Positions 19,312-28,842 of a stretch of DNA of 32,000 bases are shown piece by piece (position 1 is the first letter of the stretch; each line of letters opens with the position of its first letter). The stretch is from positions 1 through 32,000 of the forward strand of contig CAURWT010000001.1 in NCBI GenBank assembly GCA_963528875.1, written 5' to 3'. The DNA is from an uncultured Candidatus Saccharimonas sp. (GTDB lineage: Bacteria; Patescibacteriota; Saccharimonadia; Saccharimonadales; Saccharimonadaceae). The translations under genes and the position numbers were made by a program. The notes under the pieces are model-generated. The model had not been told where the DNA came from, did no database searches, and saw only the letters and a list, made by a program, of their open reading frames with translations.

Positions 19312-20610
19312 CTATTTTTTTAGAATTTCGGCCAATTCTAACTTTTCACCAGTTTCCATATCTTTAAAAATAAATGAATTTTCAGAAATCTCCTTTTCAC
19401 CAATTACTAAAGTATATTTGACACCTCGCTTATCAGCAAATTTAAAAGCTTTTTTCATAGTAAAATCTTCAAGCAGAACTTCAGCATTTTTACCTTCTTT
19501 TCTTAATTCACCAGCAATTTCGAAAGACTTTTGAAGCTCATTTTTGCTCATTGGAACTATTAAAAATTCCGCAGTTGAGCGTTTTGAAAATTTCAGCAAG
19601 CCCAAGTCTCGTAGACACCAGAATAATCGCGTTAAGCCAATTGAAGCACCTACTCCTGGTAGTTCTTCTTTCGAATAATATTCGCTTAAATTATCATAAC
19701 GACCGCCGCTAGAAACTGAGCCAATCTCTTTGAAGTTGTTTAAATTTGTTTCAAAAACTGTTCCCGTGTAATAATCAAGACCGCGAACGATTAGCATATC
19801 GAGTTTGAAATATTTTTCTTCAACACCCATCATTTTTAACAGTTTAGAAACTTCGAAAAGCTCCTCAATTCCTTTTTCGAATTGTTGATTTTTGATTTTT
19901 CGAGAAAGATTTTTTAACTCGCATACAACATCTTCAGCTGAACCTGAGATTTTAATAAAATCAGAAATTACTTGAGATTTTTTGCCTAAATTTAAATCAG
20001 TAAGTTGCTCTGAAAATTCCTCAGTTGAAATCTTCTCAGCACGATCAATTAAAGCCATAATTTCAGCTGATTTTTCAGTTAATTCAAGCCCTTCAATTAA
20101 ACCACTCGTGATATTTCGGTTATTAATTCGAAGAGTAAAATCACCAAAATTTAGCTCTCGAAAAATATTATAAATTACTGCAATAACTTCGGCATCATAA
20201 GAAATGCTCAATTCATCTCGCCCAATCACATCAATATCGCATTGATAAAATTCACGAAAACGACCTCGCTGCGCTCTTTCGCCGCGATAGACTTTACCAA
20301 TTTGCGAACGTTTAAAAGGAAATTGTAACTGACCAAAATTCTCAGCAACAAATCTTGCAGTCGGTACAGTTAAATCAAACCGCAAACTTAAATCATTATC
20401 ACCTTTCGAAAAACGATAAATCTGTTTCTCAGTCTCACCACCAGCTTTTGCAAGAAGAGTCTCTGTTCGCTCGATTGCTGGTGTATCAATCGGCGTAAAT
20501 CCGAATTTTTCATAATTTTTTTGAATAATTGCCATAATTCGATTAAACTCGAGTTGCTCCTCTGGCAATAATTCCATCATCCCAGGCAATGGTTTTGTAT
20601 TGATTTTCAT
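19312..20610 (-). CDS. hisS: histidine--tRNA ligase
   Basis: Class II HisRS motifs (LPGMMELLP, RFDLTVPTARF, YRGERAQRGRFREFYQCD, GGRYDNL) and a C-terminal anticodon-binding domain. Promoter at 20648-20676 with a GAGGA RBS. Confidence 0.95.
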   Translation of the reverse strand: MKINTKPLPGMMELLPEEQLEFNRIMAIIQKNYEKFGFTPIDTPAIERTETLLAKAGGETEKQIYRFSKGDNDLSLRFDLTVPTARFVAENFGQLQFPFKRSQIGKVYRGERAQRGRFREFYQCDIDVIGRDELSISYDAEVIAVIYNIFRELNFGDFTLRINNRNITSGLIEGLELTEKSAEIMALIDRAEKISTEEFSEQLTDLNLGKKSQVISDFIKISGSAEDVVCELKNLSRKIKNQQFEKGIEELFEVSKLLKMMGVEEKYFKLDMLIVRGLDYYTGTVFETNLNNFKEIGSVSSGGRYDNLSEYYSKEELPGVGASIGLTRLFWCLRDLGLLKFSKRSTAEFLIVPMSKNELQKSFEIAGELRKEGKNAEVLLEDFTMKKAFKFADKRGVKYTLVIGEKEISENSFIFKDMETGEKLELAEILKK

Positions 20611-20647
20611 AATTCCTCAAATTAATTTTAATTGACTACTTAGCTAA

Positions 20648-20676
20648 ATGATACCATAAAATAGCGTTTTTTTCAA
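20648..20676 (-). promoter_or_regulatory. hisS promoter TTGAAA-17-TATCAT with TGn
   Basis: Read on the minus strand. Followed by an approximately 35-nt leader with GAGGA. Confidence 0.6.
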
Positions 20677-20694
20677 ATTTCGAAAAGGCTATTT

Positions 20695-20723
20695 TTGCAG
20701 TTTTCACACTAAAATGGTAAAAT
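20695..20723 (+). promoter_or_regulatory. rarA promoter TTGCAG-17-TAAAAT with TGn
   Basis: ATG 20730 begins exactly 6 nt after the -10 with no SD. Confidence 0.7.
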
Positions 20724-20729
20724 ATAGAA

Positions 20730-21977
20730 ATGGATTACCAACAAAGAATTCCCCTTGCTGAAAAAATGAGGCCAAAAAAGCTGGATGAAGTTATTGGCCA
20801 GTCTCACCTTATTGGTAAAAATGGAATTTTACGAAAAATAATCGAAAACAAAGAACCTATCAGCTTAATCTTTTGGGGGCCAGCTGGAACCGGTAAAACT
20901 ACTCTTTCAAGAATTTTAGCGAATGAAGTTAATGCGGACTTTATTGAAATTTCAGCCGTCACTAGTGGTAAAAAAGATATCGAAAAAGTTATCGAACACG
21001 CTCACCAAAACTGGAACCTTGGGACGCGAACAATTCTTTTCGTTGATGAAATTCACCGTTTCAACAAATCACAGCAAGATGCTTTTTTGCCGCATATTGA
21101 AAGTGGATTGATAAATTTGATTGGTGCAACAACCGAAAATCCAGGATTCGAAATTATCACACCGCTACTTTCAAGAAGTCGAGTTCTGTCACTCAATCCT
21201 TTAAATACTGAGGAGATTTCGAAAATCATTAAAAATGCGCTTGAAAAAGTTTCGCCAAAAACAAAAATAGATCCAGAAGCACTCAAAATTCTCGCTAAAA
21301 TAAGTAGTGGCGATGCTCGAAATGCGCTTGGAAATCTCGAGCTAATTTTAAATTTCGAAAAAAATAATATTACGCCAGAAGTTATTAAAAATTCAATCGA
21401 AAATTCAACCTCAATTTATGATAAAAATGGCGATTCTCATTATGACACAATCTCAGCTTTTATCAAAAGCATGCGAGCCAGCGACGTTGATGCTACTGGC
21501 TACTATCTAGCTAAGATGCTAAACGCCGGCGAGGATCCAAAATATATCGCCCGCCGAATGATTATTTTTGCGAGTGAGGACATTGGGCTTGCTGGAAATG
21601 GCGCTCTTAGTTTGGCAAACTCTGCTTTCGATGCGGTTGAAAAAATAGGAATGCCAGAAGCTAAATATAATCTATTCCATGCTGCAATCGCTTTAGCAAA
21701 ATCTAAAAAATCACGCGAAACCACCGGAATTATGTTTCAATCTTATAACTTAGCAAAAAAAGCCCCAAACGCCCCTATTCCTTTACACTTAAGAAATTCT
21801 ACTTCTAAAATTACCAATGAACTTGGTTACAACAAGGGATATCAGTGGACGGCAGGTTTTAAGCACCCAGAAGATAATCTGCCCAAAGAAGTTCGCAAGC
21901 TTATATCATTAGACAAGCAGAATAAAAAAATCTTAGCTGGTGAATGGTCTCCAGAAATTAAAGAGCTAACAAAATGA
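20730..21977 (+). CDS. rarA: replication-associated recombination protein A (AAA+ ATPase)
   Basis: LAEKMRPKKLDEVIGQSHL, Walker A GPAGTGKTT, Walker B FVDEIHRFNK, and the C-terminal MgsA domain (YYLAKML.AGEDP.YIARR). Confidence 0.95.
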   Translation: MDYQQRIPLAEKMRPKKLDEVIGQSHLIGKNGILRKIIENKEPISLIFWGPAGTGKTTLSRILANEVNADFIEISAVTSGKKDIEKVIEHAHQNWNLGTRTILFVDEIHRFNKSQQDAFLPHIESGLINLIGATTENPGFEIITPLLSRSRVLSLNPLNTEEISKIIKNALEKVSPKTKIDPEALKILAKISSGDARNALGNLELILNFEKNNITPEVIKNSIENSTSIYDKNGDSHYDTISAFIKSMRASDVDATGYYLAKMLNAGEDPKYIARRMIIFASEDIGLAGNGALSLANSAFDAVEKIGMPEAKYNLFHAAIALAKSKKSRETTGIMFQSYNLAKKAPNAPIPLHLRNSTSKITNELGYNKGYQWTAGFKHPEDNLPKEVRKLISLDKQNKKILAGEWSPEIKELTK

Positions 21978-22573
21978 CGCACAAAAGCAACAGATTAATA
22001 TTTCTCTTAATATTCACTTTTTATATAGTTATTCCATTTTTATTATTGTTTAATCCATTATTTTTTAAAAATAAATTCATAATTTTAACTATCGGCGGAA
22101 TTTTAATTTATATTTTACTCAGATTATCAGGTTTCAATAACAGTTCCCTTGGTATCAAACCAGTAAAGACCGCTCAATCAATTCGAGATATTTCAATAGT
22201 AACATTTATTCTTATAATTACTGGAATTATTTTATTTAGCTTTAGAATATCAAGATTCCAGCCAAGCGAAACTCTGTCTTTTTACTTATTTTATATTTTC
22301 ATATCTTCACCCATTCAAGAATTTCTTTATAGAGGAGCATTAACAAGTATTTTACAACAAATAAATTTTCGAAAATCCTCAATCATCTTAATTTCATCGA
22401 TTTTATATAGCTTAGCACATTTAGGCTATAAAGATCTCATAACCTGCACATTAACATTTCTAATTGGTCTATTGTGGCATCAAAAATATCTCAAAACCAA
22501 GAACCTCACTGGAGTAACCATCAGCCATGCAATCTTAGGAGTTATCACAATTTTTATCGGGATTATCGATTAG
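21974..22573 (+). CDS. CPBP (CAAX/Abi) family intramembrane glutamic endopeptidase
   Basis: Polytopic protein with motifs EFLYRG, SLAHLGY and ISHAILG. ATG overlaps the rarA stop as ATGA. Confidence 0.8.
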   Translation: MTHKSNRLIFLLIFTFYIVIPFLLLFNPLFFKNKFIILTIGGILIYILLRLSGFNNSSLGIKPVKTAQSIRDISIVTFILIITGIILFSFRISRFQPSETLSFYLFYIFISSPIQEFLYRGALTSILQQINFRKSSIILISSILYSLAHLGYKDLITCTLTFLIGLLWHQKYLKTKNLTGVTISHAILGVITIFIGIID

Positions 22574-24018
22574 TCAGTTTCTGGTAAAATATTTTCAAGC
22601 CAAAGTTTAATTTCTTCTAAAATATATTCTTCTTGTGAGTTTAAATTTTGGTTATTTGCAATTTCTTGGAATTCTTTCATAAAATTAGGCATCATTTTTT
22701 GTAAATTTTTTACCCGATACTCTTCCCAAAACTCTTTCTCTTGAGAACTTAAACTTTTTGGAAAACTCCTTGCTTTATAATGAAGAAGTAGATCCGTCAA
22801 TCGTTCGTCGGCAAAATCTGGATGAAAATCAGCGAGCTCGCGATCAGTAGAATTTCGAACAGCTTCAATTTTAATATCATCACTTTTTGAAACAAAACCT
22901 TTAAAAAGCCGAGCCTCTGGAGCTGGTTTTTCTGTACTGCTCTTATCTTGAAAGACTTCACTTCGCCTTTCAAAAGCAGATCTAAGGTTTTCAGCAAAGT
23001 GTGGATTCTTTCGTAAAATGTCTAAGTTTTTTTGGATTTCAGCCAAGTCAATCTTCAATCTTTGCTGATTCTCTTCAGTCAAAACACCCATTGGTGCAAC
23101 TGCTGGACATTTATTATACTGCAAAATCTTTGCTGCAATAGGTTCGAAATTATCGCTCGAACGAGTTTCAAAATCTGCCGTAATATTTTCAAGAATTTGA
23201 TCCTCACTCCAATCAATAAATTTCTCAGGAGAAAACCGCAAATCCCAAACAATTACATTTTGATTTTTAGCCGGCGCAATAGGAAATGCCACCGTGGTTT
23301 TTTCAAATTCGACTTTAAAGCGGCCAGAAGTATAAACAAATGGCTTCGGATTCTCAAGATTAACTAGTTTTTGCACTTCATTTTTCGAACGAATTTTAAA
23401 GAGATAATCAAAAATCTGTGGCTGTTTTTCTTTCAAGAGTCGTGCAACATCTATCAAACCATCAACATCGCTCATTGCATCGTGAGCATTCTCGTGCAAG
23501 ATTCCGTTTTCTTTAGTTAAAAGCTCAAGTTTATTAGCTGCAAATTTTTCACCAGTTTCTTCATTTATAATAAACGGCCAATTAATCCCTTCTGGCCGAA
23601 GCGCCCGAATCATTCGAACAACATCTAGCAAATCCCAACGCGATCGACCATCTTTCCATTGCCAATCATATGGTGGGTAGAAATTTCGCCACAAGAGATG
23701 CTGAATATGAACATCATCAAATCGAACATTATTATATCCAACGATCACCGTATCTGGCGTGAAAAATTCTTCAACGAGCATTTTCGAAAATTCGGCTTCA
23801 GTATAGCCTTCTTCAACTGTTTTTTGTGGGCTAATTTTTGTCACCATCAATGCACTTGGGCTTGGCAAAACGTCATCATTTAATCTAACTAAAATATTAA
23901 CAGGCTCACCAATTCGATTAAGGTCTTCATCTGTTCGCTGCCCTGCAAATTGCATAATTCGGTCGTTTTGCGGACTAAATCCACTAGTCTCTAAATCATA
24001 AAAAAAGAAAGTCTTCAT
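22570..24018 (-). CDS. sbcB: exodeoxyribonuclease I
   Basis: Colinear, from memory, with E. coli ExoI (FYDLETSG, GYNNVRFDD, RWDLLDVVR..RPEGINWP, HDAMSDV). Confidence 0.95.
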   Translation of the reverse strand: MKTFFFYDLETSGFSPQNDRIMQFAGQRTDEDLNRIGEPVNILVRLNDDVLPSPSALMVTKISPQKTVEEGYTEAEFSKMLVEEFFTPDTVIVGYNNVRFDDVHIQHLLWRNFYPPYDWQWKDGRSRWDLLDVVRMIRALRPEGINWPFIINEETGEKFAANKLELLTKENGILHENAHDAMSDVDGLIDVARLLKEKQPQIFDYLFKIRSKNEVQKLVNLENPKPFVYTSGRFKVEFEKTTVAFPIAPAKNQNVIVWDLRFSPEKFIDWSEDQILENITADFETRSSDNFEPIAAKILQYNKCPAVAPMGVLTEENQQRLKIDLAEIQKNLDILRKNPHFAENLRSAFERRSEVFQDKSSTEKPAPEARLFKGFVSKSDDIKIEAVRNSTDRELADFHPDFADERLTDLLLHYKARSFPKSLSSQEKEFWEEYRVKNLQKMMPNFMKEFQEIANNQNLNSQEEYILEEIKLWLENILPETD

Positions 24019-24024
24019 GGTTAT

Positions 24025-24053
24025 ATTTTACCCTAAAACTACAAAAATAACAA
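24025..24053 (-). promoter_or_regulatory. sbcB promoter TTGTTA-17-TAAAAT
   Basis: ATG 24018 begins exactly 6 nt after the -10 with no SD. Confidence 0.65.
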
Positions 24054-24059
24054 ATATAC

Positions 24060-24088
24060 TTGACTTTTTAATTAAAATATGGTAAAAT
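24060..24088 (+). promoter_or_regulatory. promoter TTGACT-17-TAAAAT with TGn
   Basis: Contains TTGACTTTTTA. Drives ORF 24160-24408. Confidence 0.7.
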
Positions 24089-24159
24089 ACAAGTGTTCCT
24101 GAGACAATATTCTCACTCATTCGCCAGAGGGTGGCGCGCACGTTTATAGGAGAAAATAA

Positions 24160-24408
24160 ATGGTAACTAACTATAAAAAGGCTAAAAAAGAAGTCAGTCC
24201 AATCACAAAAGAATTAATCAAACTACTTCTTTTCATAGGTTGTAACCCACTTACAGTTATTGAAATCTTCTCAAAGTGGTTCGATGCAACCGAGGTGAGA
24301 AAAACCGTAGGGTTACATGTAGGTATAGATGAGAAATCACTACTATCACTCCAAAACATTAAATTCCTTAGGAAAATCCGAGAACAAAACCCTAAGGTGA
24401 ACCTATAA
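24160..24408 (+). CDS. hypothetical protein, 82 aa
   Basis: Consensus promoter at 24060-24088, about 65-nt leader, AGGAG RBS, hairpin terminator at 24408-24436. No family recognised. Confidence 0.5.
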   Translation: MVTNYKKAKKEVSPITKELIKLLLFIGCNPLTVIEIFSKWFDATEVRKTVGLHVGIDEKSLLSLQNIKFLRKIREQNPKVNL

Positions 24409-24436
24409 GCACGACTAAAGTCGTGCTTTTTTATTT
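24408..24436. terminator. terminator between ORF 24160-24408 and obg
   Basis: agcacgac-taaa-gtcgtgct followed by tttttattt. Confidence 0.75.
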
Positions 24437-24442
24437 ATATTC

Positions 24443-25818
<1,376 letters not shown>

Positions 25819-25825
25819 AAATATT

Positions 25826-26887
25826 TTAGTGTATATAGTTCGAAACACTGCTTGCTGGTACTGTTCGAGTTGTTACAACATTCAGTTTTCCAGCGTAATT
25901 CATATCTGAAACAGTAATTGTTCCGTCAGAGTTCACAGATTCAACAATAGCAACGTGCCCGTAGCCCCAAATGTATGAGTTTGCGTAAGCATTCCACTGA
26001 GCAATTGCACCTACAGATGGATTTTGGTCAACTTTATACCCAGCAGCTCTAGCGCTAACTGCCCAAGTTGAAGCATTTCCCCAGAAGCTTCCAATATCTG
26101 GACGGCGATTATATGCATACCAAGTACAGTTTCCCCAGGCATAAGCATTTCCAGCCTTAACATTGTAATTGGAAGATAGAGATACTGGTGATACATTCAC
26201 AGAACTAGAAGATTTTCGAGAATTCGAAGCCGTAGAAGTTGAGAAAACCTTGGATTTAGGATTGTAATCTGGTCGCTCTTCTTCAGGCAAGATACCGCCA
26301 GGAATTACAATCTCAACGCCTTCTTTAGGCTCTTCGCCATCTTTAAGCTTATTATAAGAAATCAATCTCTCTAAATTGGCTTGGTATTTTTCTGCTACAG
26401 ATTTAATACTATCGCCAGATTTAAATCGATAGATAATTCCGTCTACAGGCAGAATTCTTAGCTCCTTATTAGCTTCAACTTTATCACCCTTCAAGCCATT
26501 AACCCATTTAATAGTTTGAGCAGTGATACCATATTTATCAGCAATTGTTTGAATAACTTCTTCTGAAGTCGTAGTGTATTTAATGATTTCACGTTTTTCA
26601 GAAGAAACCTCAAGAACTTTAGGCTTTTCAACAGAAGCAGCAGCTTGAGGTGAATCCTGAAGTATTGCAGTAGATGTTGAAAGGCTCGCCACAGAAGATG
26701 CGATTGCTAAATCAGCAGACTCCGCAAGATTAGCAACAACACCAGACTCCGTAACTTTGTCTGCTACAGAATATTTCTCATTACTATTTTGAGTATTTTC
26801 AACAGACTTTGAATTAATTTGATTGTTTAACTCAGTCGATTTTTTAATATCTGGCTGGCTACCACCAAATACGGCAACCATAACCAC
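25826..26887 (-). CDS. secreted/anchored peptidoglycan hydrolase: two LysM repeats plus C-terminal CHAP domain
   Basis: LysM-like repeats (YTTTSEEVIQTIADKYGITAQTIKWVN; YRFKSGDSIKSVAEKYQANLERLISYN). CHAP Cys (WGNCTWYAY) and His (GHVAIVE). The 5' end is uncertain: GTG 26887 is the first canonical start, but the frame stays open up to 27055. Confidence 0.85.
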   Translation of the reverse strand: MVMVAVFGGSQPDIKKSTELNNQINSKSVENTQNSNEKYSVADKVTESGVVANLAESADLAIASSVASLSTSTAILQDSPQAAASVEKPKVLEVSSEKREIIKYTTTSEEVIQTIADKYGITAQTIKWVNGLKGDKVEANKELRILPVDGIIYRFKSGDSIKSVAEKYQANLERLISYNKLKDGEEPKEGVEIVIPGGILPEEERPDYNPKSKVFSTSTASNSRKSSSSVNVSPVSLSSNYNVKAGNAYAWGNCTWYAYNRRPDIGSFWGNASTWAVSARAAGYKVDQNPSVGAIAQWNAYANSYIWGYGHVAIVESVNSDGTITVSDMNYAGKLNVVTTRTVPASSVSNYIH

Positions 26888-27224
26888 AATAATAAAAATA
26901 GAAGAATAAACAACAGTTGATTTTAAACTTAATATATTAATTATCTTTGAAAAAGTAGAATTAGAAACTGTATTTTTTCTATTCTGTATGATTTCAATCT
27001 TAGGAGATTTAACTCCTCGTTTTTGACTACAAATAATCTTTCTCCCGCAAACACATTACTGTGATGCACTACCTTAATAATACCCTTTCTTTTCGAAAAT
27101 TAGCATAATGTCGACCTTTTTAATTAATATTATAGAGTTAAACGAATGCTATAAAGTATTTTCTGGTAGGCGCCTTAACATAAAAATGTACAAAACATCA
27201 TTCTCATATTAATTTACATATAAA

Positions 27225-27253
27225 ATTCTATCAAATATTAATAAAATTGTCAA
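27225..27253 (-). promoter_or_regulatory. promoter TTGACA-17-TAGAAT, 7 nt after the mltG stop, facing the LysM/CHAP gene
   Basis: tgtcaa at 27248-27253 and attcta at 27225-27230 on the plus strand. Confidence 0.6.
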
Positions 27254-27259
27254 GCTTAA

Positions 27260-28429
27260 TCACAAAATCAAGCACTTTTTTGCACAATATTTCTTAATAT
27301 TATCTTGATGTTCTATATCTGTTCTACCGTAGTAAGTCTTATTATCATCTCCGCTCAAAAAGAATAAATAATTATGCTCAGCTGGAGAAGCTGTTGCCTT
27401 AAGAGCAGACAGCCCTGGTGTTGCAATTGGGGTAGGTGTTAAACCTTTATATTTTCGAAGATTATAAGGACTATCTAAATTTGGAGTTCTTTCAACTCCT
27501 ATCTTATCCGCAATATATTGATATGTCACATCTGAGCCAAGCGTCATCCCAGCTTTAATTCTATTATAGAAAACACCTGCAACTTTTTGTTGATCTTCGA
27601 AATCGCTCAAGGTTTCTTTTTGAACAATTGAAGAAAGCGTGATTCCCTCATATAAACTCAAACCTTTTTGCTTGAATTTATTATCAAGGTTTAACTCTTT
27701 AATTTTCACTTCAAAGTCTGCAAAATATCTCCGCAAAATATTTTCAACTTTTGTGCCTTTCTTAAAATTATGAGTTTGGCCATAAAGAAAACCTTCAAGA
27801 TCCATATTTTTTGGCTTACCGGAGAAAAGAGTTGGAAATTCCCCAGAATAATCTTTCGAAAAAGCATCATCAATTTCATTTTTCGAATAACCAGCTTTTA
27901 AAAGAGCATTTTTAGCCATTTTTACCGTTCCACCAGGTAAAAAAGTAATGTTAAAATTATCAACAACTTGACCTTTATTTAAAATATCTAAAACCTCAGG
28001 AATTGTCATGCTTGAAGATAACTGATAACTACCAGCTAAAATATTTCGCTTATTATTCATTCGTGCATAAAAAATAAACGAATTTTTAGAAATAATTATT
28101 TTTTTATCAGCCAATTTCTGAGCAACTACATCTAAAGATTCGCCCTTACTAATATTGAAATTAACTCTTTTGGAATCGTTAGTTTTATAATTTATTGCGC
28201 TATTATAGCTTGAGAATAAAATTCCGCAAAAAGAAATAAAGCAAAACAATAAAACTGTAAAAACAACTAAAATCCTCTTTCGAAAAACTCTTTTTTTATT
28301 ATTTTTTGCGTCCAAGATAGCAGCAGCTTCCCTTTCGCGCTTAGATATTTCGTCAATAACTCTTTCAGCACGATCTTCTATTAGCTCCTGATTATCCCTA
28401 TTTACTGGTGGTTTTATAATCCCATCCAT
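27260..28429 (-). CDS. mltG: endolytic murein transglycosylase MltG (YceG-like)
   Basis: N-terminal TM segment, a LysM-like fold, and YceG motifs (ASIVQKE-like SSIVQKET, VFYNR, L.SD.T..Y, SPYN.YK..GL.P.PI..PG). Confidence 0.9.
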   Translation of the reverse strand: MDGIIKPPVNRDNQELIEDRAERVIDEISKREREAAAILDAKNNKKRVFRKRILVVFTVLLFCFISFCGILFSSYNSAINYKTNDSKRVNFNISKGESLDVVAQKLADKKIIISKNSFIFYARMNNKRNILAGSYQLSSSMTIPEVLDILNKGQVVDNFNITFLPGGTVKMAKNALLKAGYSKNEIDDAFSKDYSGEFPTLFSGKPKNMDLEGFLYGQTHNFKKGTKVENILRRYFADFEVKIKELNLDNKFKQKGLSLYEGITLSSIVQKETLSDFEDQQKVAGVFYNRIKAGMTLGSDVTYQYIADKIGVERTPNLDSPYNLRKYKGLTPTPIATPGLSALKATASPAEHNYLFFLSGDDNKTYYGRTDIEHQDNIKKYCAKKCLIL

Positions 28430-28842
28430 TAAAAATTCTCCTCCAAATAATCTTGCAAAATAATTGAAGCCGCATTCATATCTATATCACCTTTTGAATA
28501 TGGCTTTCCATAGCTTTTTAGCCTATCCTCAGCCTGAATACTCGTCAAGCTTTCGTCTTGAAAACAAATTTTATCGACTGAATATTCAAAATTTTTTACA
28601 AATTCTTTAGTATAAGCAGTTTGTGAAGTCTCTTCACCACTCTGATTTCGTGGTAACCCAACCACAAGAACATTGATTTCTTCTTTCGAAATTATCTCAA
28701 TAATTTGTTTTATTGCAGAATCTACATCATTATTCACCTCAACAGTAGTAAATGGTATGGCTATTTTAATAAAGGAGTCGGCCAAAGCGATACCAATTCT
28801 CTTAGTGCCAACATCAAGCGCCATTAACTTTAAAGATTTCAT
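28429..28842 (-). CDS. ruvX: YqgF/RuvX putative pre-16S rRNA nuclease / Holliday junction resolvase-like protein
   Basis: LMALDVGTKRIGIALAD N-terminus and DESLTS motif. Classic ruvX-mltG adjacency. TAATG overlaps at both ends. Confidence 0.9.
   Translation of the reverse strand: MKSLKLMALDVGTKRIGIALADSFIKIAIPFTTVEVNNDVDSAIKQIIEIISKEEINVLVVGLPRNQSGEETSQTAYTKEFVKNFEYSVDKICFQDESLTSIQAEDRLKSYGKPYSKGDIDMNAASIILQDYLEENF

Noticed and set aside
26888-27253. Cyclic-di-AMP (ydaO-type) or another known riboswitch in the LysM/CHAP leader; T-box leaders for lysS, leuS and hisS.
   Set aside because: I could not find the conserved ydaO core segments by eye. The aaRS genes have leaders of 0-35 nt, far too short for T-boxes. 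A covariance-model scan is needed for certainty.
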